Below are positions 28,987-37,218 of a DNA stretch of 48,701 nt, piece by piece. Source of the DNA: Candidatus Blackburnbacteria bacterium. Lineage in GTDB: Bacteria; Patescibacteriota; Microgenomatia; UBA8517; UBA10165. The notes under the pieces were generated by a model, which searched no databases, was not told the DNA's origin, and worked only from the letters and a program-made list of their open reading frames with translations. Made by a program: the position numbers and the translations under genes. The stretch spans positions 1 to 48,701 of the forward strand of contig JACPEJ010000003.1 in the NCBI GenBank assembly GCA_016183565.1. Direction: 5' to 3'. Numbering within the stretch: the stretch's first letter is position 1; every line of letters starts with the position of its first letter.

Positions 28987-29350
28987 GACGTTCTCCGCGT
29001 CCTTTCAATTCGCGGTTTCTCCTCTAAAGGAGAACGACATATCAGAATCCGATTCATAACTGGGTTGAAAGCTCGCTGTCTTCTCGGATTCTGTTATAAG
29101 TTATTTAATATAAAGCGTTTTCCTTTCTTACTTCTTAGATCTGGCAAAACAAATTTCAACTTAAATTGTATAGTTGGAATAGCGTGCTTGATATCCCTAC
29201 TTTTAAAGACATACGAAACGTCCTTTGGTCTTGATTTTCAACATAATCAGTGGTAGAATACTTGCATCACTAGGGAGAAACGACCATATGACTACGTGTC
29301 ATATTGCTACGCCTCCCATTTATTTTGCTTAATTTCCCATTTTCGAGAAA

Positions 29351-29860
29351 TCAAGATTTTCTTTCAACCTTACCCTTATCTCTAATTAAAAATACTTTAT
29401 AATTTTGAAACTGCCTGAGCAAAGAAGATTCTGACTTCCTATTGGGGATTATGATCTTAAATAACTTTTTATTTTTCTCTAAAAACTCATACAGGCAATA
29501 AAAATCTCCATCCCCAGAAACAATAACAGCTTTATCGTATTGAGGAAATTCTATTGCGGCTGCATGCAAGACTAATTCCGCATCAACATTGCCTTTTGAT
29601 TTCCCTTGACTATCTTTAACGGTTGGCTTAAACACAAGGGTATATCCATAAGATTTGAGCTGGTCGTATAATTTCTCATTTTGTTTGATATATCCTATAC
29701 ACAGAAACGTTTCATCTACACGAAATTTATCAGCTAAATACTTTCTAAATTTTTTAAAATCCAGCCTCCAACCCCTATAAATTAATTTTCCCTTTTTCCT
29801 TATATCCTTACTCGTTCCTAGGTTTAGATTCTGGCTATCTATAAAAGCATAGGTTTTCAT
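29351..29860 (-). CDS. NYN/LabA-like domain protein
   Basis: 169 aa. Has AFIDSQNL and DAELVLHAA...IVSGDGDF, the acidic motifs of NYN nucleases. Confidence 0.8.
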   Translation of the reverse strand: MKTYAFIDSQNLNLGTSKDIRKKGKLIYRGWRLDFKKFRKYLADKFRVDETFLCIGYIKQNEKLYDQLKSYGYTLVFKPTVKDSQGKSKGNVDAELVLHAAAIEFPQYDKAVIVSGDGDFYCLYEFLEKNKKLFKIIIPNRKSESSLLRQFQNYKVFLIRDKGKVERKS

Positions 29861-30046
29861 GAGGCAATTATGACACTAACCAGATCGTTACATTGGGTAA
29901 TCCAACAATCCCAACCTTAAGGCTCATGGATTGAATTGTAACAGAAATAGGGAGTTGTGTAATATATTACGTAATTAATTCTAGAGTTCTCGCTGGAATT
30001 TAAGGATCGAACAGGCAACTGACTGTGGTATTACAACAAGGGATTT

Positions 30047-30340
30047 TTACGTCGAGGCGGTTTTTTGCTCTAACTTACCTACCCTATTTTCTAACTTGTC
30101 GTATTCCTCTCTGGTCGGAGCGTCATCCTCCAGATATGCAACTTGGGAACCAATTTTATCTAATCTTTTATTTACCTCTTCAAAACCTTTTTCGGTCTTT
30201 TTCTCCAAGCCTTCGATCCTCTTGTCAAGTTTTTTCTCAACTCCATCTATTCTCTGTAACAGTTCTTCTTTTAGTGCGCTCTGTCCGTTGATAATAGCCC
30301 GAAGCATTTTCTGTGTATCACTCATGTATCCAGTATACAA
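30047..30340 (-). CDS. coiled-coil hypothetical protein
   Basis: 97 aa with heptad-like E/K-rich repeats (KKLDKRIEGLEKKTEKGFEE). Confidence 0.45.
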   Translation of the reverse strand: MYTGYMSDTQKMLRAIINGQSALKEELLQRIDGVEKKLDKRIEGLEKKTEKGFEEVNKRLDKIGSQVAYLEDDAPTREEYDKLENRVGKLEQKTAST

Positions 30341-30516
30341 CTCGATTTAACATTTTCAATGGTAATTGGAAAAATTATGGGGTTTGTGGTATACTATATT
30401 AGTTGGTTAAAGATTCGAGCTGTATTTAGATTCTTCTACTTGATAGCTTGCTAACTTGAGCGCTTCTAGCAAAAAGCCCCTTCGTTAATAACTCTTAATA
30501 ACCAAAACCTAAAATT

Positions 30517-31731
30517 ATGTCATACAACTTTTCAAGAGGGGGCTTTCGTCGCGGCAGACAACTCAAGCGGAATGGTTTTTCCTATCAGCAAGGTGGGTTT
30601 CGTCATGGCAAAAATCGTTCTCTCGATGGTGTTGGACTGGATATCAATCGTTTTATACACAAAGCGGCAGACACTCCTGTTGTAGAATCTTACACCCCAA
30701 GAAATTCTTTTGATGGATTTGGATTAAGCCCACAAATTGTAAGAAATATTGCCAGTAAAGGCTATGTTTCCCCTACTCCAATCCAAGACCAATCTATTCC
30801 TCCTATCTTAGAGAGCAGAGATTTAATAGGTCTTGCGAATACAGGAACAGGCAAAACTGCGGCTTTTCTTCTTCCTATGATTGATAAAGTTTTCAAAAAC
30901 AGGAACGAGCGCGTATTTATTATTGCTCCGACCCGAGAACTTGCTTTGCAAATTGATGAAGAATTAAGAGTTTTTGCTCAAAATCTGGGAATTTATTCGA
31001 GCTTACTTATTGGAGGAGCAAGTCTTAATAGGCAGATCCAAGAGCTTTACAGAAAACCCCAATTTGTTATTGGGACTCCCGGGAGAATCAAAGACTTGAT
31101 AAAAAGAAACTATCTAAATCTTTCGAACTTTGGAAACATCATTCTTGATGAGGTGGATTTGATGGTTGATATTGGTTTTATCCGGGATGTTCAATATTTC
31201 ATTTCTCTTTTGTCCAGCACGCGTCAATCTCTCTTTTTCTCCGCCACGATCTCTGCCAAAGTAAATCACATCCTTCAATCTTTTGTTAGAAATCCGGTCA
31301 CTGTATCTGTCAAAACCGGAGAGACAACGGATCTTGTAGATCAAGATGTTGTACATATTCTTGACAAAAACAAGAAAGTTGACCAATTGCACCAGCTTTT
31401 AATTCAAAAGGGGTTTGATAGAGTTTTAGTTTTTGGAGCAACTAAATGGAATGTAGAAAGACTAACTAGAGAGCTTGTGGGTAGAGGTTTTAGGGCAGCT
31501 GCAATTCACGGAAACAAGACACAAGGTGCGAGACTTAGAGTAGTTCAAGAGTTTAAACAAGGTAGAATTCAAGTGCTTCTAGCAACCGACATTGCCTCCC
31601 GAGGCTTGGATATTCCCGACGTTACCCATGTTATTAATTATGAACTTCCAAAAACTTATGAGCATTACATTCACAGAATAGGCAGAACAGGGAGAGCTAA
31701 TAAAAGAGGTGTTGCACTGACGTTTGTTTAG
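30517..31731 (+). CDS. DEAD-box ATP-dependent RNA helicase
   Basis: Q-motif region, ANTGTGKT, DEVD, SAT and HRIGRTGR motifs, plus a basic Gly/Arg N-terminal tail. Confidence 0.9.
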   Translation: MSYNFSRGGFRRGRQLKRNGFSYQQGGFRHGKNRSLDGVGLDINRFIHKAADTPVVESYTPRNSFDGFGLSPQIVRNIASKGYVSPTPIQDQSIPPILESRDLIGLANTGTGKTAAFLLPMIDKVFKNRNERVFIIAPTRELALQIDEELRVFAQNLGIYSSLLIGGASLNRQIQELYRKPQFVIGTPGRIKDLIKRNYLNLSNFGNIILDEVDLMVDIGFIRDVQYFISLLSSTRQSLFFSATISAKVNHILQSFVRNPVTVSVKTGETTDLVDQDVVHILDKNKKVDQLHQLLIQKGFDRVLVFGATKWNVERLTRELVGRGFRAAAIHGNKTQGARLRVVQEFKQGRIQVLLATDIASRGLDIPDVTHVINYELPKTYEHYIHRIGRTGRANKRGVALTFV

Positions 31732-31751
31732 AGCTTTCTAATTTTAATTTG

Positions 31752-32363
31752 TTAATTGAAACGTGTGGAAAGTTTGATAAATGATAACGAGCTAACATCT
31801 AACCAAAAGGACGGTCCGACGGTTCCGTCCATGTTATCGGTATTTACAACCAGAAGTGTGGGAGCAGCCCACCCCGTCACGTCGGTGATCTTGTAATCCG
31901 AATATTTTTTCATAAACATTTCTCCTACATTCACAGATTGAAGATTGCTCGAGAAGAGCTTTTCCAGAGCTATGACAATATAGCTATTTTCCCCTTCGCT
32001 TGTTTCTTTCAGGAACAAATATTTATTTCCTCCGGGAGACCATGTGTTAAAGGGAATAGTAATCGTTTGAGGTAAATTAACTGTTTTTGCAAATATTTGT
32101 TTTGCGGTTTCGTCTTTTTCCCCTTGGGTTAAGAAAGTATGTGTCACAGAGTTTCCGCTCTGCTCCTCTTTCATGATAAGTGTTTGTTTCATGTCCGGAG
32201 CTATAGTATCCACAACTTTTGGTAACACAGGAGTTGGACTGGGGGTAACGACCGATACGGGAGTCGGTCGAAGAGACAAGGGCAGGCTTTTCTTTCCATA
32301 TAAAACAGAAAGGCCAGTAATGAGCACAAAAAATAGTATTAGCAAACTAAGGAGCTTCGCCAT
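31752..32363 (-). CDS. secreted hypothetical protein
   Basis: 203 aa. Signal/TM segment LLSLLILFFVLITGLSVLY and a Pro/Thr linker. Confidence 0.5.
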   Translation of the reverse strand: MAKLLSLLILFFVLITGLSVLYGKKSLPLSLRPTPVSVVTPSPTPVLPKVVDTIAPDMKQTLIMKEEQSGNSVTHTFLTQGEKDETAKQIFAKTVNLPQTITIPFNTWSPGGNKYLFLKETSEGENSYIVIALEKLFSSNLQSVNVGEMFMKKYSDYKITDVTGWAAPTLLVVNTDNMDGTVGPSFWLDVSSLSFIKLSTRFN

Positions 32364-33042
32364 AGATAATTACTTTTGTTCCGGGATTTTCCTTGTCAGC
32401 ATATGTCGTGTTGTCTTTCGTCGGAGGGTCTATCCAGTTATAGAGTTTCTGGGCGTCAACGATTCTCATATTGACACATCCATGGCTCATTGGATGACCG
32501 AAGTTGTTATGCCAATACGCCCCGTGGAGACTAAAACCTCTGCTTTTGGCAATATCTTTGTTATAAAAAAACATAACATAAGGAACATTGGGAAGATCTT
32601 AATAGTCGCTGCCCTCTCCGCCAGTCATCCTTGATGCCTTTAACTTTACCCAAACAACATATGCACCTGGCGGTGTTGGGAACCATTTGCCGGACGAGAT
32701 CAAGGTTTGCATAAAAACTTTGTCCCCTTCGTAAGCAGTTAGTGTTTGTGTTGTAAGGTCAACTTCAACTCGTTTTTCCCCTGCTGAGGCGGAGTCTCCT
32801 AAAACTTGTGTTGCGGGTTCTTTTTGGGAAAGGTCAATTTTGGGTGGAGTTATCTTCTGTTTGTTGAAAATACCCACCGCATCGTTCTCCACTTTTAGTT
32901 TTAAGCTTTCAGCGCAGCTAATAGAATTTGCACAACGGGCTTCCTTTTTAATTTTGTTAGTCTGCCACAAAAACGCAAGCACTAATATCCCGATGATTCC
33001 TAATAAAACAAAAATATGAGCAAATCCTTTCTCAGAAGCCAT
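32347..33042 (-). pseudogene. L,D-transpeptidase (YkuD) interrupted by one in-frame TAA
   Basis: ORFs 32599-33042 and 32347-32574 share a frame. A single TAA (32599-32601) lies between ...GGEGSDY and DLPNVPYVMFFYN. The catalytic HGxxxxxxxxxSHGCVN motif is in the downstream part. Confidence 0.75.
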
Positions 33043-33051
33043 AAATACACT

Positions 33052-33360
33052 TTAGCATTTTTTCCAAACTGTATTAAGTCCTAGTTGAATAAAAAATATG
33101 GTGATAGCACGTTGCTTTAACTTGCTCTTTGTAGTCCAAACCAGATATAAGGAGATTCCCATCAAAACATAAAGAATGGTCCAGACAGGCGCGAAAAGCC
33201 AATTTGGTGGAGAAAATGTTAAAATGCATGCATGATCGTTACTAAGTCCACACCATTTGATAATAACGAGATAGTAAAATTGAGAAAGCTTTTTGATACT
33301 TATATCAAAACCGTGATTGATGTGGAAAACGGAATTTGTTCTGCTGGGATGGATCGACAC
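33052..33360 (-). pseudogene. TspO/MBR family fragment
   Basis: Only the PPNWLFAPVWTILYVLMGISLYLVW-type central helices are present, about 60 aa of a normally ~150-aa protein. The N-terminal part of the ORF is unrelated. Confidence 0.5.
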
Positions 33361-33570
33361 TTCGAGGGAGAAAAAATTTTATTAGATATGGGCTCTAGGC
33401 AATCTGATATTTGGGGTGGGGGGATAGACATAGATAGCAAAGCCATTGATTTTAATTCGTTTATCAATATTCGTCCGAATGACAACAACAATAGTAATGA
33501 GATACTAGATCCTAAAGTTAGGGAGGAATACGAAAGACTTACAAAACACTTTTTCAAGGAGGTTCTATGA
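33232..33570 (+). CDS. hypothetical protein
   Basis: 112-aa ORF overlapping the next ORF by 4 nt. No motif recognised with confidence. Confidence 0.45.
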   Translation: MIVTKSTPFDNNEIVKLRKLFDTYIKTVIDVENGICSAGMDRHFEGEKILLDMGSRQSDIWGGGIDIDSKAIDFNSFINIRPNDNNNSNEILDPKVREEYERLTKHFFKEVL

Positions 33571-33842
33571 ACCCAAAAGTAATCATTGAATCCCTGTCTA
33601 TGGATTTACTTAGGGCTGCATTGGCATTACATAGAGGTTCATTTTCCACAGCAGAAAGATTTAAAGAGGAGGCTCTAAAAAGAAGTGCAGAGTTAGAACC
33701 CTTCCTGAAGTCAGATCAACATCTCCAGAAACTTGCCGCGAATACCAAAAAGGCTCTAGAGGAAAATTCAGAAGACATTGCAGAGGATTTACTGATGTAC
33801 AGTGTCAGATTCAAAAATCTGGCTCGGTTTAAATTTTCCTAG
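33567..33842 (+). CDS. hypothetical helical protein
   Basis: 91-aa ORF apparently translationally coupled to the previous one. Confidence 0.4.
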   Translation: MNPKVIIESLSMDLLRAALALHRGSFSTAERFKEEALKRSAELEPFLKSDQHLQKLAANTKKALEENSEDIAEDLLMYSVRFKNLARFKFS

Positions 33843-34212
33843 AGTTTTTCTTGAGCCATGAAGAGATTCCTTCGAGAGATCTGTTCTTAGTGGCAACTTC
33901 TACCATAAAATCTACCATTCTCTCTTTTGCGGGCTTTAACACGTAACCGTTCTTTCTTAAGAATCTCGCAGTAGAAAAATAAGCGGTTCGTTTGTTGCCA
34001 TCCTGAAATGGATGATTTTTAACAAGTGAGTGGAGCAAACTTGCTGCCATCAGCCAAATAGAAGTATATAGGTAACTGCCTGCAAATTGCGCCTTTGGTC
34101 GTTCAATCGCAGAATGCAATAGAGTGAAATTGTGTATCCCTGCTCTTCCGCCACCTATTTGGAGCATCTTATCATGAATGGCCAAGACTTCGTCAAGGGT
34201 AACAAATTTCAC
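33829..34212 (-). CDS. doc: Fic/Doc family toxin (death-on-curing type)
   Basis: HPFQDGNKRTAY degenerate Fic motif typical of Doc. Has a 4-nt overlap with the upstream antitoxin gene. Confidence 0.85.
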   Translation of the reverse strand: MKFVTLDEVLAIHDKMLQIGGGRAGIHNFTLLHSAIERPKAQFAGSYLYTSIWLMAASLLHSLVKNHPFQDGNKRTAYFSTARFLRKNGYVLKPAKERMVDFMVEVATKNRSLEGISSWLKKNSRKI

Positions 34213-34448
34213 TTTTTAGCTAGTTCTTTAATTGCACTTTCGTACTTTTTAGAAACTTCATCTAGCCACTCTTTAAATTCTCCAGTCAAACTGGAAATGC
34301 GACTTCGTGTCCTGATTTGAACTAAGTCTAGTTCAGGGTCTGCTTCAACAAATACCTTTTGGCCAGGACGCAATTTACGCCCTTTTACAAAGTGGCGAGG
34401 TACTGTCACTGCTAACGAATTGCCAACTTTAATTACTGTCTGTTGCAT
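34209..34448 (-). CDS. AbrB/MazE/SpoVT-type antitoxin
   Basis: 79 aa. Swapped-hairpin signature VIKVGNSLAVTVPRHFV. Confidence 0.8.
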   Translation of the reverse strand: MQQTVIKVGNSLAVTVPRHFVKGRKLRPGQKVFVEADPELDLVQIRTRSRISSLTGEFKEWLDEVSKKYESAIKELAKK

Positions 34449-34785
34449 ATTAGTACAATGTTATAACCCGCAAAGCAAGTTGTCAAGCAGGCCCAGAAGT
34501 TGTTACTCATACTTTAAGGCTTGGATTGGGTCGAGTTTGGAGGCTCGGATTGCGGGAGCAACTCCGAAGACTATGTCAACAAACATTTTACCAACAAAAG
34601 CGGAACACCATTAAATCAGCAATTTCCCAACAACTTGTATATGAACTGTCAATTTTGATACTTGAAGTGCGAAACTCGTGTATAGCGGGAAACACTGCAG
34701 GTACAGCGAAAAACTTGGTTATTTGGTTTTGGAGGGTTGAATGAACTTGAGGTAGTCTAGGACAGTGGTTGTGAACTCTAGTCCC

Positions 34786-34930
34786 CCGGCCTCGAGCTAT
34801 TTTCGCATAGAGTTGCCCCTATACTATCGTTACCGCTTGTACGTTTCACTTCCTTGTTCGGAATGGCCCGCTTCGCCGAATCGCTTCAGCGAGGCGAGAT
34901 AAGGGTGGTTCCGTACAGCTCAGGAGACCG
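34786..34930 (-). rRNA. rrf: 5S rRNA with a ~31-nt GC hairpin insertion
   Basis: RNA-sense features: helix I GGUCUCCUGAGC/GCUCGAGGCC, CCGAAC..GAAGUGAAAC, and GAUAGUAUAGGGG..CUAUGCGAAAAUAG. The locus is about 145 nt because of extra sequence at about 34867-34897. Confidence 0.75.
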
Positions 34931-34943
34931 AAAGGCTAGAATG

Positions 34944-34970
34944 CACAAATTTGCTTGTCGCTTTGCTCAT
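34944..34970 (-). promoter_or_regulatory. 3' strand of the pre-23S processing stem
   Basis: 27 nt, complementary at 26 of 27 positions to 40903-40929. The two strands lie 42-43 nt outside the 23S ends, the classic RNase III stem geometry. Confidence 0.7.
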
Positions 34971-35069
34971 CTGCTCCGTTAAATCTTTGATTTAACGGGA
35001 AAGGGTTTAAGTATTGTCCAATCGACCAATTAGTACAAGTAGGCTTAAACCCTTACGGGTCTTACACCA

Positions 35070-35199
35070 CTTGCCTATCCCCCGACATCATGCTCGACTT
35101 TCGTCTCGCACCGTCGGGGTTCCCTCTCCACCATCGACAAGCCAACCAGAACTTCCGCAAATTAATGCGGGAGTCCCGATGGTTTGCCGAAGGCGAATG
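35070..35199 (-). other. unclassified ~130-nt three-hairpin insertion in the 23S 3' domain
   Basis: Extra sequence between the equivalents of ...GAAAGAUGAUCAGG and GAUAGG. Hairpins: CCCCGAC..GUCGGGG, CCGCAAAUUAAUGCGG, CCCGAUAUC..GAUGGUUUG. Boundaries are approximate. Confidence 0.4.
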
Positions 35200-35233
35200 A
35201 TATCGGGAAACGTTGTATTCTCCAACGGGTCTC

Positions 35234-35347
35234 ACTCGCGCACAGCGCGAGTCAGCCATAAAGCTATTAGGCTATAAAGCTATGATGTCTTTTCTTCATA
35301 GCTCTATTGCTTCATTGCGACATAGCTAACTTGTGCTATGCACAAGT
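35234..35347 (-). repeat. hairpin-bounded rRNA mini-insertion, copy E1 (core type A)
   Basis: actcgcgc-aca-gcgcgagt at 35234-35252 and acttgtgc-tat-gcacaagt at 35329-35347. The core is rich in ataaagctatt / cttcatagct. Confidence 0.8.
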
Positions 35348-35369
35348 GTTTTGGATTCCTCATCTTGGG

Positions 35370-35404
<35 letters not shown>

Positions 35405-35640
35405 TCATGGGAACGTAGCTACCCAGCGGTGCCATTGACATGACAACTGGTAAACCAGGGGTTCCCCCATGCTGGTCCTCTCGTACTGAGCACAGCTCCC
35501 CTCAAGAATCCTTCGCTTACACCGGATAGAGTCCGAACTGATTCACATCGTTCTGAACCCAGCTCGCGTAATGTTTTAATGGGCGAACAGACCAACCCTT
35601 GGGAGGTACTACCCCCCCAGGATACATTGAGCCGACATCG

Positions 35641-36452
35641 CATTTAAACCTATCCATTTTCATGGTAGCCTGACTATACCTTCACCCACTGAAACAAAAT
35701 GGGTGTCAACGTATTATGAAATGAGGTTTCTCATTTCATCTGTCCCGATGTAACTCGGGACAAGTCGATACGGGGTCAAGTTAATTAGACGATAGATGAT
35801 AGAAAATAGAAAATAGATCTTTGATGATAGAAAATAGACAATGGATTAATAAGTTTTCCAGTTATTCCTTAGGTTGGTAATTTTTCCACCTAAAGCAATA
35901 TACCTTGTAATTAACCCGTTGCAAACATCCTTATTTATAAAACCTAAATCTCTTGCCATGCTTAAATGAACTTCCATTTCATTGCAAGAGCCTAAGGACT
36001 TATCAAGGTGGACCTTAAATTCTTTTTCAAATCTCCTTTTAGCCCACCCTTCTGCAATATTTGCTGGAGGTGATTTAGAGCATCTTCTCAGTTGAGAACC
36101 TAAATCATTTTTCTCATACATTGGAAGTTTTTGACAAAGTTTGTTGACAATAATTGCCAATTCATAACTTTCTTTGTACACTCCCAAATCTTTGAAGCTC
36201 GTTATCATATCTCCATTATCTATCTTCTATCTTCAAATTACTATCTTCTACCCTCTATCATCTACCGTCCACACTAACCGACTTCCCACGGTATTACCCT
36301 GTGTCATTATTTAACTTTGAACCAAATCCAAAGTCAAGTCTGTTTTTGACCTTAAGGGCTCCACCGTTATGAGTTGATATTTCGTTCAAACCACTGGGTA
36401 GTGTTTGAACAACAGCACTCTGACGTTGCCGTCGGAGGACCCCGATATGTTG
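35641..36452 (-). mobile_element. group I intron in 23S after the E. coli U2500 equivalent
   Basis: The exon reads CUACCU|...|CGAUGUCGGCUC. The 5' exon ends in U and the intron ends in G. Core motifs GAAGGUAUAGUC (35672-35683), GACCCCGUAUCGAC (35764-35777) and GGGUAAUACCGUGGGAAGUCGG (36278-36300). Confidence 0.8.
35846..36208 (-). CDS. four-helix-bundle protein (23S rRNA intervening-sequence protein family, TIGR02436-like)
   Basis: 120 aa. FKDLGVYKESYELA, QLRRCSKSPPANIAEGW and GSCNEMEVHLSMA match the family pattern. It lies wholly inside the intron. Confidence 0.88.
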   Translation of the reverse strand: MITSFKDLGVYKESYELAIIVNKLCQKLPMYEKNDLGSQLRRCSKSPPANIAEGWAKRRFEKEFKVHLDKSLGSCNEMEVHLSMARDLGFINKDVCNGLITRYIALGGKITNLRNNWKTY

Positions 36453-36874
36453 AGGTAGCGAACCGCGCCGTCGATATGGACTCTCGGGCGCGACTACTCT
36501 GTTATCCCCGGGGTAGCTTTTATCCGTTAAGCTCGTAGTCTCCCACGAAACTATCGAGGATCACTAGGACCTGCTTTCGCACCTGCTCGGCCCGTCGGCC
36601 TCACAGTCAAGCCGGCTTATGCCCTTACACTTACAGCACGATTTCCATCCGTGCTAAGCCGACCTTTGTACTCCTGCGTTACCTTTTAGCAGGATACCGC
36701 CCCAGTAAAACTGTCCGTTAAACATTGTCCCCGAACCCGTTTGCAGGGCCCTTAGGTAAGATTTAAATTCACCAAAGAGAGGTGTTTCACTGGCCCCGCC
36801 CAAACTTTCTTGCGAAAGAATGTTGGCGGGTCCCTCCTACGCTAAACAATTGGTAAATCCAAATCAATGTCAAA

Positions 36875-36908
<34 letters not shown>

Positions 36909-37006
36909 GTGTAAGTAGGCCGCATCTTCACGGCCACTGCAATTTCACCGAGTAGAGGTTCGAGACAGCTGCCAACTCGTTACGCCTTTCGTGCAGGTCG
37001 GAACTT

Positions 37007-37210
37007 CATGTTTGTTCTCGCGCTTTCGCGGAGCATGGACTCTCTCTTCCCCCGACGTTACGTCGGGAGGTCAGCGTTTGGTCTCTACGGGGTCAACCCT
37101 TCGATTAACTCAGGGCGACTTCCCTCGGGATTACCGTGTCCACCTGTTGGCGGATTTAGGCTTCCCCGATATAGCTAACATGGGCAATTCTAGCTGCACA
37201 CTAGAGCTTT
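37007..37210 (-). mobile_element. compact ORF-less group I intron after the U1951 equivalent
   Basis: 204 nt. The 5' exon ends ...GUCGGGU and the intron ends ...AACAUG. Core motifs GGUAAUCCCGAGGGAAGUCG (37116-37137), GACCCCGUAGAGAC (37081-37094) and GAAGAGAGAGUCC (37038-37049). Confidence 0.7.
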
Positions 37211-37218
37211 ACCCGACA
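37211..37218 (-). other. 8-nt 23S micro-exon UGUCGGGU (helix 71 5' strand)
   Basis: Joining UUCCU + UGUCGGGU + AAGUUCCGACC reproduces the universal UUCCUUGUCGGGUAAGUUCCGACC. No other GUCGG partner for the CCGAC strand exists nearby. Confidence 0.65.

Noticed and set aside
28987-29350. Looked for a purine-related riboswitch (ZTP, ykkC or purine class) in the purD 5' region.
   Set aside because: I could not match any consensus core by eye. A CM scan would be needed, so I make no claim.
11438-32601. Possibility that the in-frame TAA/TAG codons indicate stop-codon reassignment.
   Set aside because: TAA clearly terminates well-conserved genes at the expected length, for example dnaB at 4898-4900 and the methylase at 801-803. 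Standard code 11 fits, so the interrupted genes are better explained as pseudogenes or errors.
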